Assembly (NCBI GenBank): GCA_963665325.3
Contig: CAXXWS020000002.1
Coordinates: 352,001-416,000 of the forward strand
Length of the DNA: 64,000 nt
Source of the DNA: Alphaproteobacteria bacterium
GTDB lineage: Bacteria > Pseudomonadota > Alphaproteobacteria > Bin95
Direction: 5' to 3'
A program made the position numbers and the translations under genes. Below are positions 37,351 through 48,649 of the stretch, piece by piece. Position 1 is the first letter of the stretch, and every line of letters starts with the position of its first letter. A model generated the notes under the pieces. It was not told where the DNA came from. It ran no database searches and saw only the letters and a list, made by a program, of their open reading frames with translations.

Positions 37351-38490
37351 ATGGATTTCTCGCTTTCCGAAGAGCAACGCGCATTTCAGGACGCCGCCCG
37401 CCGGTTCGCGGAGGATGTGTTCGCGCCCAATGCCGCGCGCTGGGATGCGGAATGCATTTTTCCGAAGGCCGAATTGCGCGAGGCCGCGTCGCTCGGCTTC
37501 GGCGGGCTCTATGTGCGCGAGGAAGTTGGCGGCTCGGGCCTCGCGCGCACGGACGCCGCCGTGGTGTTCGAGGAGTTGGCGGCAGGCTGCACCTCCACCG
37601 CGGCCTATATCTCGATCCACAACATGGCCGCCTGGATGATCGACCGCTTCGGCCACGACGAGCTGCGCGAGCGCCTGCTGCCGGACCTCTGCTCCATGCG
37701 GAAGCTGGCGAGCTATGCGCTGACGGAGCCCGGCGCCGGGTCAGATGCGGCGGCGCTCGCCACCCGCGCGGAGCGTGACGGCGACCACTATGTCCTGAAC
37801 GGCTCCAAGGCCTTCATCTCCGGGGCCTCCGAGACCGATGTCATCGTCTGCATGGTGCGCACGGGCGGTGAGGGGCCGAACGGCATCACCTGCCTCGCCG
37901 TGGAAGCGGACTCTCCCGGTCTCTCCTACGGTGCGCAGGAAAAGAAGCTCGGCTGGAACTCGCAGCCGACGGCCATGGTGTTGTTCGACGACTGCCGGGT
38001 GCCCGTGGCGAACCGCGTCGGCGGGGAAGGCGACGGCTTCCGGATCGCCATGGCGGGCCTGGACGGGGGCCGGATCAACATTGCCGCCTGCTCGATAGGC
38101 GCGGCACGTGCCTCGATGGAGACGGCCGCCGCCCATATGGCCGAGCGCAGGGCATTCGGGCGGCCGCTCGCAGACTTCCAGGCGTTGCAGTTTAAGCTGG
38201 CCGACATGGCGACCGATCTGGACGCGGCGCGGCTGATGACCTACCGGGCAGCGGCGGCGCTCGATGCCGGAGACCCGGATGCTACCCACCATTGCGCCAT
38301 GGCGAAGCGATTTGCCACTGACGCCGGTTTCGAGATCTGCAATGCGGCGCTTCAACTCCATGGCGGTTACGGCTATCTCAAGGACTATCCGCTGGAGCGC
38401 TTCGTGCGCGACACGAGGGTCCATCAGATCCTCGAAGGCACCAACGAAATCATGCGACTGATTATCGCGCGCAAGCTGTTGGAGCGATGA
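37351..38490 (+). CDS. Acyl-CoA dehydrogenase, probably isobutyryl-CoA dehydrogenase
   Basis: [41 protein letters not shown]; upstream of hydrolase and mmsB. Confidence 0.88.
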   Translation: MDFSLSEEQRAFQDAARRFAEDVFAPNAARWDAECIFPKAELREAASLGFGGLYVREEVGGSGLARTDAAVVFEELAAGCTSTAAYISIHNMAAWMIDRFGHDELRERLLPDLCSMRKLASYALTEPGAGSDAAALATRAERDGDHYVLNGSKAFISGASETDVIVCMVRTGGEGPNGITCLAVEADSPGLSYGAQEKKLGWNSQPTAMVLFDDCRVPVANRVGGEGDGFRIAMAGLDGGRINIAACSIGAARASMETAAAHMAERRAFGRPLADFQALQFKLADMATDLDAARLMTYRAAAALDAGDPDATHHCAMAKRFATDAGFEICNAALQLHGGYGYLKDYPLERFVRDTRVHQILEGTNEIMRLIIARKLLER

Positions 38491-39578
38491 AAGACGACAT
38501 CCTGTTCGACCGGACGGGCGGCCTCGGCCTCGCATTGCTGAACCGTCCGAAGGCGCTGAATGCCCTGACGCTGGAAATGGTGGACGCCCTCGACCGGCAG
38601 TTGCTGGCCTGGGCGGAGGACGATGCGGTGCGCGCCGTGGTCGTGGAAGGGGAGGGCGAGCGCGCCTTTGCCGCCGGCGGCGACATTCAGAGACTCTGCG
38701 AAGCGGGCCGGGCGGGCGATCCCTATACAAGCACGTTCTTCTGGGACGAATACATCCTGGACTGGCGCGTCTTTCACTATCCGAAACCCTATGTCGCGCT
38801 CCTCGACGGCATTGTAATGGGCGGCGGCGTCGGGGTTTCGGTGCTCGGTTCGCACCGCGTGGCGACCGAACGCACGGTGTTCGCCATGCCGGAAACCGGC
38901 ATCGGCTTCTTTCCGGATGTCGGTGCGACGTGGTTCCTTCCCCGCCTGCCGGGAAGGCTTGGGCTCTATCTCGCCCTGACGGGCGCCCGGCTCGGCGGGG
39001 CGGACAGCTACCATGCCGGCATCGCGACCCACTATGTGCCGAGCGCGCGTCTCGATGAGTTGAAGGCCGCACTGGCCGCCGTCCCTCTCGACGGGGAGGA
39101 TATCGAGATCAACCACGCCGAGGTGAGCGCGGTGCTGGACCGTTTCTCCGAGAACCCCGGCCCTCCTGCGATTGCGCCGGTGCGCCCCGCGTTGGAGCGG
39201 TGTTTCTCGGGGGCTTCGGTCGAACGGGTGTTGGAGGCGCTGGAGGCAGAGGGCGGCGAATGGGCGGACAAGACGCGCAAGGCCATGCTCGCCAAGGCGC
39301 CCACGTCGCTCAAGGTAGCGTTCGAACAGTACCGGCGGGGCGGCGAGCTCGACTTCGACGCCGCGCTTGCGCTGGAATACCGCATGTCGCAGGCGTTCAT
39401 GCGGGGCCACGATTTCTTCGAAGGCGTCCGCGCCCTGATCCTCGACAAGGACAACCGGCCCGCCTGGCAGCCGGCGCAGCTTTCCGAGGTGACGGCGGAT
39501 GCGGTCGCAGGCTATTTCTCCCCGGCGGACGAGGAACTGACGTTCGACAATCCCGTCCGCCGCTTCGCCCGCACATGA
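38487..39578 (+). CDS. 3-hydroxyisobutyryl-CoA hydrolase (crotonase family)
   Basis: [41 protein letters not shown]. Confidence 0.88.
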   Translation: MKDDILFDRTGGLGLALLNRPKALNALTLEMVDALDRQLLAWAEDDAVRAVVVEGEGERAFAAGGDIQRLCEAGRAGDPYTSTFFWDEYILDWRVFHYPKPYVALLDGIVMGGGVGVSVLGSHRVATERTVFAMPETGIGFFPDVGATWFLPRLPGRLGLYLALTGARLGGADSYHAGIATHYVPSARLDELKAALAAVPLDGEDIEINHAEVSAVLDRFSENPGPPAIAPVRPALERCFSGASVERVLEALEAEGGEWADKTRKAMLAKAPTSLKVAFEQYRRGGELDFDAALALEYRMSQAFMRGHDFFEGVRALILDKDNRPAWQPAQLSEVTADAVAGYFSPADEELTFDNPVRRFART

Positions 39579-39590
39579 GGAGCTGACGGA

Positions 39591-40481
39591 ATGGCGCGCA
39601 TCGCATTTATCGGGGTCGGAAATATGGGCGGACCCATGACCCGTAACCTGTTGAAGGCCCAGCATGCCGTGACCGCCTACGACCCGGTCGACGCCGCGCT
39701 CGCGGACGTCGTCGAGGCGGGAGCCTCGCGGGCGGCTTCGGCGGCGGCGGCCGTCGAGGGCGCGGATGCCGTCGTCACCATGGTTCCGGCGGGTCCCGAG
39801 GTGCGCGAAGTCTATATCGGGGCAGGCGAAGTTCTTGCCGCGGTAGAGCCCGGAACTTTGCTGATCGATTGCTCGACCATCGATGTTGCCACGGCGCGCG
39901 AGGTTGCGGCGGCCGCGGCGGCGCAGGGTCTGGAGATGGTTGATGCGCCGGTTTCGGGGGGTACGGGCGGGGCCATCGCCGGCACGCTGACCTTCATGGT
40001 TGGCGGACCGGAGGCAGCCTTCGAGAAGGCGAAGCCGATCCTGGAGCATATGGGCGCGCGGATTGTCCATTGCGGCCCGGCGGGCAACGGCCAGGCGGCG
40101 AAAATCTGCAACAACATGATGCTGGCGATCAACATGCTGGGCGTCGCCGAGGGGTTCACGCTCGCAGACAATCTGGGGCTCGACCGGCAGACATTGTTCG
40201 ATGTCGTAGCCAATTCTTCCGGCCAGAGCTGGGCGGTCAGCCATCAATGTCCGGTACCGGGCCCGGTGCCGGCCTCGCCCGCCAACAACGGCTTCCAGCC
40301 GGGGTTCACCGCCGACATGATGGTCAAGGACCTGCGGCTCGCCAAGGACGCCGCCATGAAGAGCGGCACCGGCACGCCGATGGGCGCGCTGGCCGAGGCA
40401 CTGATGGCGCTCCATGTTGCGGGAGGTAACGGCCCGCGTGACTTCTCCTCGGTCATCGAGATGGTCCAGGCCGGGCGCTGA
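39591..40481 (+). CDS. mmsB: 3-hydroxyisobutyrate dehydrogenase
   Basis: FIGVGNMGGPM, DAPVSGG, GQAAKICNNM, PVPG. Confidence 0.92.
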   Translation: MARIAFIGVGNMGGPMTRNLLKAQHAVTAYDPVDAALADVVEAGASRAASAAAAVEGADAVVTMVPAGPEVREVYIGAGEVLAAVEPGTLLIDCSTIDVATAREVAAAAAAQGLEMVDAPVSGGTGGAIAGTLTFMVGGPEAAFEKAKPILEHMGARIVHCGPAGNGQAAKICNNMMLAINMLGVAEGFTLADNLGLDRQTLFDVVANSSGQSWAVSHQCPVPGPVPASPANNGFQPGFTADMMVKDLRLAKDAAMKSGTGTPMGALAEALMALHVAGGNGPRDFSSVIEMVQAGR

Positions 40482-40554
40482 CCGTCGGCCAACTGCGGGA
40501 ACGCTTGCTTGAACCGCCGCTGCCCGGACAGTAAAGGGCAAGGGCGAAAGGATA

Positions 40555-41316
40555 ATGTCCCTCATGGCTGGTAACGAATCGGCGGAACGAACGGTGCTCG
40601 TTACCGGTGGAAGCCGGGGTATCGGTGCGGCAATCGCCGAGCGGCTCGCCCGCGACGGTTGGTCGGTTGCGCTGAATTATGCCGCCCGCGCGGCCGCGGC
40701 CGATGAGGTTGCCAGCCGTATCCGGGAAGCCGGAGGCAGGGTTCGCACGATCCGGGCCGATGTCTCCGACGCGGACGATGTGCGCGGCCTGTTCGCCGAC
40801 ATCGACAAGGAAATGCCGCGCCTGGAAGGGCTGGTAAACAATGCCGGCGTCGCCTCGCCGCTCGGCAACTTCACCGATATCGACGACGAGGCGATGGCGC
40901 GCGTCGTGTCGATCAATGTCACGGGCGCCATGCTGGTCGCGCGCGAGGCGGCGCGGCGCATGATGCGCTCGCGCGGCGGGGCGGGCGGCATCATCGTCAA
41001 TCTGGGCTCGCCGGCCTTCCGGCTGGGCAATCCTGGCGAACTGGTCGCTTATGCCACGACCAAGGGGGCGATTGCCTCGCTGACCGTCGGGCTCGCGCGC
41101 GAACTCGGGGCGGAGGGCGTGCGGGTGAACACGCTGGCGCCGGGGCTCATTCCGACCGACATGGCCAACGGCCGCGATATCGAGAAGCTGCTGGCGGGGG
41201 TGCCAATGGGTCGGCTCGGCACGGTCGAGGAAGTGGCGGAGGCGGCGTCGTGGCTGATGTCGGAGAAGGCCGCCTATGTGAGCGGCACGACGCTTGATGT
41301 AACGGGCGGCCGGTGA
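40555..41316 (+). CDS. SDR family oxidoreductase
   Basis: TGGSRGIG, NNAG, YATTK. Confidence 0.9.
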   Translation: MSLMAGNESAERTVLVTGGSRGIGAAIAERLARDGWSVALNYAARAAAADEVASRIREAGGRVRTIRADVSDADDVRGLFADIDKEMPRLEGLVNNAGVASPLGNFTDIDDEAMARVVSINVTGAMLVAREAARRMMRSRGGAGGIIVNLGSPAFRLGNPGELVAYATTKGAIASLTVGLARELGAEGVRVNTLAPGLIPTDMANGRDIEKLLAGVPMGRLGTVEEVAEAASWLMSEKAAYVSGTTLDVTGGR

Positions 41317-41341
41317 CCGCCATCGCAAACGGGGGAAGAGC

Positions 41342-42448
41342 GTGAAGACGGTCGTCAACAGCTGGAACGAGTGGGACCCGCTGCGCCATGTGATCGTCGG
41401 GCGGGCGGACGGCTGCTGCATTCCGCCGGCGGAGCCGGCGAGCGACCCGAAGATCCCGCTGGACAGCGACATGCGCGGCGTCCACGGGCCCCGGTCACAA
41501 GAGGCCGTGGATCGCGCCAACGAGCAGTTGGACGCCTTCGCCGCCATGCTGGAGAAGCGCGGCGTTCGGGTGGACCGCCCGGACCCCATCGACTTTAGCC
41601 AGGCTATCGCGACCCCTGACTGGAGCCACGGCTCGATGTTCGGCTGCCAGCCGCCGCGCGACGTGCTGCTGACGGTCGGCTCCGAGATGCTTGAAGCGAC
41701 CATGTCCTACCGCTCGCGCTGGTTCGAATATCTCTGCTACCGCCCGCTGCTGAAGCGCTTCTGGGACGATGACCCGAACATGCGCCATGAGGCGGCGCCG
41801 AAGCCCCGGCTGACGGACGCCTCTTACAAACCCGACTATCTCTCCGACGACATCACCATCGAGGAGCGGCTGGAGATGGTGGCGGCGAAGGACTTTGTCA
41901 CCACCGAGGCGGAGCCGCTGTTCGACGCGGCCGACGTGCTGCGCTTCGGGCGCGACCTCTTTGTGCAGCACGGCTTTACGACCAACCTGACCGGCATCGA
42001 ATGGCTGCGGCGGCACTTCCCGGACCACCGGGTCCATGCGCTCAACTTTCCGGGCGACCCCTATCCGATCCATATCGACGCGAGCTTCACGCCGCTCAGG
42101 CCGGGGCTCGTCCTCAACAATCCGGAACGCCGCCTGCCGGAAGAGCAGCGTGAAATCTTCAGCCGCAACGGCTGGGAGATCGTCGATGCCGCCCGCCCGG
42201 CGCATAACAGCCCGCCGGCGCTCTGCTATTCGAGTGTGTGGTTGTCGATGAACGTGCTGGCGCTCGACCCGAAGACGGTGTGCGTGGAAGCGAGCGAGGT
42301 CCACCAGATGGATCAGATCGACAGGCTAGGCTTGGAGGTCGTCCCGGTCCCGTTCCGCGACGCCTATGCTTTCGGAGGCGGCCTCCACTGCGCGACGGCG
42401 GACGTGCGTCGCGAAGGCAATTGCGAGGACTATTTCCCGCAGGGCTGA
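41342..42448 (+). CDS. Amidinotransferase (arginine:glycine amidinotransferase-like)
   Basis: NSWNEWDPL, PRD, EPLFDAAD, HID, WLSMN, GGGLHCAT catalytic Cys. Confidence 0.85.
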   Translation: MKTVVNSWNEWDPLRHVIVGRADGCCIPPAEPASDPKIPLDSDMRGVHGPRSQEAVDRANEQLDAFAAMLEKRGVRVDRPDPIDFSQAIATPDWSHGSMFGCQPPRDVLLTVGSEMLEATMSYRSRWFEYLCYRPLLKRFWDDDPNMRHEAAPKPRLTDASYKPDYLSDDITIEERLEMVAAKDFVTTEAEPLFDAADVLRFGRDLFVQHGFTTNLTGIEWLRRHFPDHRVHALNFPGDPYPIHIDASFTPLRPGLVLNNPERRLPEEQREIFSRNGWEIVDAARPAHNSPPALCYSSVWLSMNVLALDPKTVCVEASEVHQMDQIDRLGLEVVPVPFRDAYAFGGGLHCATADVRREGNCEDYFPQG

Positions 42449-42572
42449 CGCATCAGTGCGGGACAGCCGGAAGGGATTCGGTTCTGGCCGGCTCGCCGCT
42501 TCGGGGCTGGACCTCCGGACGTTTGACGGGCCATGCTTTGCGAGGCCCGAAGCGAAAAAGGAACCGCTCCCC

Positions 42573-43613
42573 ATGCCGATCATTGCTGCCGAGAAACTGG
42601 AAGACACCATCCGCCGCCTGCTGGCCGCCTGTGGCACGCCCGGAGACGAGGCGGAAACTGTCGCGCGTCATGTGGTGGACGCCAACCTCTGCGGCCATGA
42701 CAGCCACGGCGCGATCCAGATTCCGATCTACATCGACAGGGTGGAAAAGGGCCATATCGTTCCCGGCGCGCCCTTCGAAATCGTCCGGGAAAGCCCGACG
42801 ACGACGGTGGTCGATGGCCATTGGGGCTTCGGCTACGCGATCGCCGAGCGTGCGCTCAAGCTCACGATGGAGAAGGCGGAGGCGCAGAACGTCGCCGCCT
42901 GCACGATCTTCCGGCAAAGCCATGTCGGGCGCCTCGGTGCCTATCCGACCATGGCCGCGAAGGCCGGCTTCATTGCCATGATGACCGCCGATTCCGGCCG
43001 CTCGGCCAAGAGCGTGGCGCCGTTCGGCGGCGCCGAGGCGCGGCTCGGGACGAACCCGATAGCCATGGCGGTGCCGTCCGCGCGGGGCGAGCCGGTCCTG
43101 ATCGACATGGCTACCTCTGCGGTGGCGGCCGGCAAGATCAAGCTCGCGCAGGCGCGCGGCAAATCGATTCCGGAAGGCTGGATCGTGCGCTCGGACGGCG
43201 GGGCCTCCACCGATCCCAATGATTTCGGCAACGGCGCGGTGCTTCTGCCGCTCGGCGGCAGCGAGGGTCACAAGGGCTATGGCCTATCCGCGATGGTCGA
43301 GATTCTTTCGGGTCTGCTGACCGGACTGGGTTTCGGCGTCGAGCCGACGGGGCGGCACAATGACGGCTGCTTCCTCGCGCTTTTCAAGGCCGCCGCCTTC
43401 CGCGACCCGGATGAGTTCGGGCGCGAGGTGGACGAATTCGTCGACTATCTGAAGGGCACGCGCACCGCCGCTGGCGTCGAGGAAGTGCTTGCTCCCGGCG
43501 AGATTGAACGGCGCAACGCCCAGGCGCGCCGGGCGAGCGGCATCGACATCGAGGACGCCACCTGGAACCAGTTCAGGGCACTCGGCGAGAAATACGGCGT
43601 CCCCGTTGGCTGA
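42573..43613 (+). CDS. Ldh_2 family dehydrogenase (malate/L-lactate/ureidoglycolate type)
   Basis: GHDSHG, SHVGRLG, GTNPIA, DMATS, HKGYGL. Confidence 0.88.
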   Translation: MPIIAAEKLEDTIRRLLAACGTPGDEAETVARHVVDANLCGHDSHGAIQIPIYIDRVEKGHIVPGAPFEIVRESPTTTVVDGHWGFGYAIAERALKLTMEKAEAQNVAACTIFRQSHVGRLGAYPTMAAKAGFIAMMTADSGRSAKSVAPFGGAEARLGTNPIAMAVPSARGEPVLIDMATSAVAAGKIKLAQARGKSIPEGWIVRSDGGASTDPNDFGNGAVLLPLGGSEGHKGYGLSAMVEILSGLLTGLGFGVEPTGRHNDGCFLALFKAAAFRDPDEFGREVDEFVDYLKGTRTAAGVEEVLAPGEIERRNAQARRASGIDIEDATWNQFRALGEKYGVPVG

Positions 43614-43619
43614 GGCCGC

Positions 43620-45170
43620 CTACTCCCACTCGATGGTGCCGGGCGGCTTCGAGGTCACGTCGTAAACGACACGGTTGATCCCCGGCACTTCGTTGACGAT
43701 CCGGGCCGCGACGCGTCCGAGGAACGCGGCGTCGAAAGGGTAGAAATCCGCTGTCATGCCGTCAGCGGACGTGACGGCGCGCAAGGCGCAGGCCTGCTCA
43801 TAGGTACGGTCGTCGCCCATTACGCCCACCGTGCGCACCGGCAGCAGCACCGCAAACGCCTGCCAGATGTCGTCGTAAAGCCCCGCCTCCCGGATCTCCT
43901 CCAGGAAGATTGCGTCGGCCCGCCGCAGCGCCCCCAGCTTGTCTGGGTCCACCGCGCCGGGCATCCGTATCGCCAGGCCCGGACCCGGAAAGGGATGGCG
44001 CCCGACGAACCGGTCCGGAAGGCCGAGTTCCACGCCAAGCGCGCGTACCTCGTCCTTGAAGAGCATTCTGAGCGGTTCGACGAGCCTGAGCCCCATGCGC
44101 TCGGGCAGGCCGCCGACATTGTGGTGCGACTTGATCGTTACCGAAGGCCCGCCGTCGAAAGCGACCGATTCGATAACGTCCGGATAGAGCGTACCCTGGG
44201 CGAGGAAATCCGCTCCGCCGAGCTGTGCGGCCTCCCCCTCGAACACCTCGACAAAGGCGGCGCCGATGATCTTGCGCTTCTCCTCCGGGTCTTCGACTCC
44301 TGCCAGCCGTTCGAGAAAGAGGGAGCGCGCATCGGAATGCACGAGCGGGATGTTGAAATGGCCACGGAACAGGCTCACCACCTCGTCCGCCTCGCCGGCG
44401 CGCATCAGGCCCGTGTCCACGAAAATGCAGGTGAGCCGGTCTCCTACCGCCTCATGCAGCAGCCGGGCGGCGACGGTGCTGTCCACGCCGCCCGAAAGCC
44501 CGCAAATGACGCGCCCGCCGTCGACTTCCGCCCTGATCCGTGCCACCGCGGTTTCCCGAAAGGCTGCCATCGACCAGTCACCTTTCGCGCCGGCGACGCG
44601 TAGCACGAAGTTGCGGATCAGCCCGGCGCCGTCCGGGGTGTGCACAACTTCCGGGTGGAATTGCACGCCATAGAACCCGCGGACCTCGTCAGCGATGGCG
44701 GCGTAGGGCGCAGCCGCGCTGCGGGCCACCACCGTGAATCCCTCCGGCAGCGATTCCACGCGGTCGCCGTGGCTCATCCAGACCGGGTAGCGCCCGCCAG
44801 GCTCCCACAAGCCCTCGAAGAGTGCGCACGCCGCCACCGTCTCGACGGTCGCGCGGCCGAATTCCCGATGATCGGCCGCCAGGACGCGGGCGCCCATCTG
44901 CGCCGCCATGAGCTGCTGGCCGTAGCAGATGCCGAGCACCGGCGCGCCGGCCTCGAACAGCGCCGGGTCGGCCGTCGGGGCCGACGACGACAACACCGAG
45001 GCCGGCCCGCCGGAAAGCACGACTGCTACCGGTGCGAAGTCCGCCACAAAGGCCGCGTCCATCTTGTTGAAGGGATGAACCTCGGAATAGACGCCTGCTT
45101 CCCGAATCCTGCGGGCGATAAGCTGTGTGACCTGACTGCCGAAATCGACGATCAGGACGCGTTCGTTCAC
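43620..45170 (-). CDS. guaA: GMP synthase
   Basis: [40 protein letters not shown]. Confidence 0.97.
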   Translation of the reverse strand: MNERVLIVDFGSQVTQLIARRIREAGVYSEVHPFNKMDAAFVADFAPVAVVLSGGPASVLSSSAPTADPALFEAGAPVLGICYGQQLMAAQMGARVLAADHREFGRATVETVAACALFEGLWEPGGRYPVWMSHGDRVESLPEGFTVVARSAAAPYAAIADEVRGFYGVQFHPEVVHTPDGAGLIRNFVLRVAGAKGDWSMAAFRETAVARIRAEVDGGRVICGLSGGVDSTVAARLLHEAVGDRLTCIFVDTGLMRAGEADEVVSLFRGHFNIPLVHSDARSLFLERLAGVEDPEEKRKIIGAAFVEVFEGEAAQLGGADFLAQGTLYPDVIESVAFDGGPSVTIKSHHNVGGLPERMGLRLVEPLRMLFKDEVRALGVELGLPDRFVGRHPFPGPGLAIRMPGAVDPDKLGALRRADAIFLEEIREAGLYDDIWQAFAVLLPVRTVGVMGDDRTYEQACALRAVTSADGMTADFYPFDAAFLGRVAARIVNEVPGINRVVYDVTSKPPGTIEWE

Positions 45171-46306
45171 CGCCGGTCCTCCAGACGCGCGGACACGGTG
45201 CGGGTCAGCAGCTTGATCTCGGTACGCAGGTCCTCGATCAGCTCGCTGCGTCCCGCCCGCAGCTCCTCGCGCATCTGCGAGAGCGCTGTATCAAGACTGG
45301 CGATATGCCGGCGGGTCGTTTCGTCGAGGCCGCCGCGCTGCCCGCTTTCGAGCAGCCGGCGCAGCAGCGTCTGGGTCTCGATCTGCTCCTCGGCGAGCCG
45401 GGCATGGGCTGCCTGGCTGGTGCTCGACTGTTCGGCGAGTCCGCCCAACGTCTCCGACAATGCCTCCAGGTTGCGGTTCACCGAATGGCGGCCCTCTTCG
45501 GCCCGGCCGACGATCCGGCGCAGATCCTCCAGGTTCTCCGCCGTCGTTTCCAGCAAGGCCTGGATGTAGGACGGCACCGACTGGTCCCCGTCCGCGAAGC
45601 CGGCGCCGCTGGAACCGAGACGGGTGAGCGAGGACAGCCACTCCTCCAGCTCGTTCACGAAGCGGCTCGACGCCTGGGATGCCTGAAGGTCCAGGAATCC
45701 CAAAACCAGCGCGCCGGAAAGTCCGAACAGCGACGAACTAAACGCCGTGCCCATGCCCGCCAGCGGCGCATCGAGGCCGGACTTCAGCTCCTCGAAGACG
45801 CCGGTGAGGCTGCCGGCGGCGATCTCCAGCCCGCCGACGACGTCCGCGATGGCGGATACCGTCTGGATCAGCCCCCAGAATGTGCCGATGAGGCCAAGGA
45901 AGATCAGCAGCCCGGCGAGATAGCGCGCCGTCTCGCTCGCTTCCTCCACTCGCGAGGCAACGCCGTCGAGGATGGAGCGCATCGAAACAGCGGAGAACCG
46001 CACCGGGACCTCCGCCGAAAAGGCGGTCGCCAGGGTCGCCAGCAGGTGCGGCCTCGCGGGCTCCGGCGCGCCTCGACCGGGCGCGGGGCCCTGGATCGAA
46101 TCTATCCACGCGATTTCCCGGAACAACCTCAGCACATGGCGGAAATTGTAGGCGATGCCGATCAGCAGCACGCCCAGGATCAGGCCGTTCAGCGCCGGGT
46201 TGGCCATGAAGGCGTCCGCGACCGCGCCGAACAGCAGCGCCGCCGACGCGGCGACCACCGCAACGAATACAGCCATACGGATCAGATACTGGGTCGGACG
46301 GGTCAT
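45167..46306 (-). CDS. MotA/TolQ/ExbB-like membrane protein
   Basis: [27 protein letters not shown]-terminal coiled coil. Confidence 0.75.
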   Translation of the reverse strand: MTRPTQYLIRMAVFVAVVAASAALLFGAVADAFMANPALNGLILGVLLIGIAYNFRHVLRLFREIAWIDSIQGPAPGRGAPEPARPHLLATLATAFSAEVPVRFSAVSMRSILDGVASRVEEASETARYLAGLLIFLGLIGTFWGLIQTVSAIADVVGGLEIAAGSLTGVFEELKSGLDAPLAGMGTAFSSSLFGLSGALVLGFLDLQASQASSRFVNELEEWLSSLTRLGSSGAGFADGDQSVPSYIQALLETTAENLEDLRRIVGRAEEGRHSVNRNLEALSETLGGLAEQSSTSQAAHARLAEEQIETQTLLRRLLESGQRGGLDETTRRHIASLDTALSQMREELRAGRSELIEDLRTEIKLLTRTVSARLEDRR

Positions 46307-46355
46307 CGCTCTCGGTCGATCCCTGCCGGGCGGCCGGCGCTTTCAGCCCGGTTCT

Positions 46356-47774
46356 TCAACTTCGCCCGACCAGCACGACATCGACGTGCGCTCCGGCCTC
46401 CTCGCCTGCGCCGGCCGCCCGCGCCACGATCCGGGCTTCCGGCACGCCGGCGGCAATCAGCAGACGGCGGACTTCCATGGCGCGCGATAACGCTTCGCGC
46501 CGGGTCTCGACGTTGACGCTTTCGGCGGAGCCGGAATAGGCGCGAATCTCGACAGTGAGCGCGCTTCCCCCGGCCAGCCTGGAGGCAAGGCTGTCAAGTC
46601 GCGCGCGGTCCTCCGCGCCGAGAATCGTTCCGCCGGCCTTGTAAAGGAACGTCACGGAATGTCCGGTCACGACCGGCGCCGCAGCAACCGGCACCGCGGC
46701 GGTATCGAGGGCAGCCAGGCGGCGCGGCTTCGGCATATCGGCCTGGGGCTGGCTCGGAGGCGGCAGACGCCCGGTTTCGGGTGTTCCGGTCGCCGGGGGA
46801 GGCGGCGGCAGGCCGCCTGCGGGAACCGGGGGAGGCGCTGCGGCGCCAGGCCTACCGGTGGCCGGGGCCGGCGGCGGCAGCCGGAACCGCATGTCCGACC
46901 CGGTGGACGCTGCGGCGCTGCTTTCCGTCCGGCGCGGCTGGATCGGCCGGGGCACCGGCAACGTCGTCCGAAGCGGTTTCGCCGAGAGAGTCTCGCGCTT
47001 CGGCGCGCTGCTCTTCCCGTTGGCGCGGTTCAGGAAAGCCTGGAGCGCCGGCGTCGCCTCCGTCTTCCCGGTTGGTATGCGGCGCACAGGCAAGGCAGCG
47101 GCCTGCGCTGGCGAGGCCGAGGCGGTCGGCGCGGGCGCTACCGGGTTCGACAGGGCTGGGACCGACGGCTTGGCGGGCGCCTCGGGCTGCAACTCGGTAT
47201 CGGGGACGGCCGCGAGCTCCGGCGAGTCCGGCAGGGCCGGAGGCTGCGCCTCGGGTTGCATTTCCAGAGCGGGCGCAACCGGCAGGTCGGGACGCGCGGG
47301 CGGAGGAGGCGGTGCTTGCGGCCCGGGCTGCGACGTCGCAGCAGGGACGGCCGCCAGCTCCGGCGGGTCCGGAGGCTGCGCCTCGGGTTGCACTTTCGCA
47401 ACCGGCGCGACCGGCGGCTCGTGGCGCACCGGCGGAGGCCGGGTTTGCGCCTCGGGCGGCGCTTCCGCTACGGGCGCAACCCGCGGGTCGTAGCGGTCGG
47501 GCAAGGCCGGCGGCTCCGGCTGCGGGATGCTGAGGGTCAGATATCGCCGGGTCCGGCGGTCCTGCCTTCGGAAAGCGCTCCGCCGACGGTCGGCCGACAG
47601 GGAATCGATTACGCCGAAATCGACGGTCACCGACGGCTCCCTGTTCTCGCCGCTCTTCCAACGAGCGCCGCCGCTGTCAACAATCAATGTGTCCTGCGCA
47701 TTCGCTTGCCGGGCGGCCGGGAGCAGCAGGGCCAGGGCGACTGCCGCTCGTAGAATGACTCGATAGCGCGCCAT
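46356..47774 (-). CDS. Exported proline-rich protein with C-terminal OmpA-like domain
   Basis: Signal peptide ending ANA-Q, repeated PVAP/QPEAQPP/PELAAVP segments, IRAYS...LSRA..VR..L...GV...RI. Confidence 0.7.
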   Translation of the reverse strand: MARYRVILRAAVALALLLPAARQANAQDTLIVDSGGARWKSGENREPSVTVDFGVIDSLSADRRRSAFRRQDRRTRRYLTLSIPQPEPPALPDRYDPRVAPVAEAPPEAQTRPPPVRHEPPVAPVAKVQPEAQPPDPPELAAVPAATSQPGPQAPPPPPARPDLPVAPALEMQPEAQPPALPDSPELAAVPDTELQPEAPAKPSVPALSNPVAPAPTASASPAQAAALPVRRIPTGKTEATPALQAFLNRANGKSSAPKRETLSAKPLRTTLPVPRPIQPRRTESSAAASTGSDMRFRLPPPAPATGRPGAAAPPPVPAGGLPPPPPATGTPETGRLPPPSQPQADMPKPRRLAALDTAAVPVAAAPVVTGHSVTFLYKAGGTILGAEDRARLDSLASRLAGGSALTVEIRAYSGSAESVNVETRREALSRAMEVRRLLIAAGVPEARIVARAAGAGEEAGAHVDVVLVGRS

Positions 47775-47812
47775 CTCCCCTTCCGCCGCAGCATCGGCAG
47801 CATGATCCGACT

Positions 47813-48643
47813 CTATGCCGCCCGCCCCGAAGGCGCAACCGGAGCCGGGCGCCCGGCCTCCGCCATGATCCGGCACAAATTGCCGTGCAGGCGGTCGTTG
47901 GCGGCAAGGATATTGCCCGTTTCCAGCACGCTGCCGGAACCGTCGATGTCGGAAACCGCGCCGCCGGCCTCCCGCACCAGCAGCACACCGGCCGCGATAT
48001 CCCACCGCCGGAGGCCGGAGTGCCAGAAACCGTCGAACCGTCCGTCCGCGACCCAGGCGAGGTCCAGCGCCGCCGCGCCGAACCGGCGCAGGCTCACCCC
48101 GGCATTCTTGAGCGCTGCATGCTGGCGGAGATAGCAGGCCAGGGCCTCGCTTCCGGCGCCCGCCTCTTCGCCGGTTGCCAGGATGCAGTGCGGCAGGCGC
48201 GCCCGCGCGGACACCCGCAGCCGGCGATTGTTGGCATAGGCGCCGATGCCGCGCGCCGCCCAGTAGGTGTCGTCGGTGAGCGGGTTGTAGACCAGCGCGG
48301 TGATCGGCTCGCCGTCGCGTTCGAGCGCGATCGATATGCAGAAATGCGGGATGCCGTGCAGGAAATTGCCCGTCCCGTCGAGCGGATCGACCACCCACCG
48401 GTTGCTGGTGTCGGCGCCCTCAATGGCGCCGCTTTCCTCCAGCAGGAAGCCGTAGCGGGGCCGCGCCCGCTCGAGTTCCTCGACGATTCGCCGCTCCGCC
48501 TGCCGATCCGCGACCGAGACGAAATCGCCGGGGCCCTTCTCCGAAACCTGCAGGTTCTCGACCTCGCCGAAATCGCGCGCCAGCCCGCGCCCGGCGGCAT
48601 GCGCCGCCCGCAGCATGACATTGATCTCGGCCGGGCGGCGCAT
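47813..48643 (-). CDS. suhB: Inositol monophosphatase
   Basis: RDFGEVE.LQV, WVVDPLDGT.NF.HG, GAAALDLA.VA.GR.DG, WDIAAG. Confidence 0.9.
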   Translation of the reverse strand: MRRPAEINVMLRAAHAAGRGLARDFGEVENLQVSEKGPGDFVSVADRQAERRIVEELERARPRYGFLLEESGAIEGADTSNRWVVDPLDGTGNFLHGIPHFCISIALERDGEPITALVYNPLTDDTYWAARGIGAYANNRRLRVSARARLPHCILATGEEAGAGSEALACYLRQHAALKNAGVSLRRFGAAALDLAWVADGRFDGFWHSGLRRWDIAAGVLLVREAGGAVSDIDGSGSVLETGNILAANDRLHGNLCRIMAEAGRPAPVAPSGRAA

Positions 48644-48649
48644 CGCAAG

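Noticed and set aside
46356-48398. 680-aa version of the OmpA-like protein
   Set aside because: The extension overlaps suhB in another frame; the signal peptide and RBS support a start at 47774.
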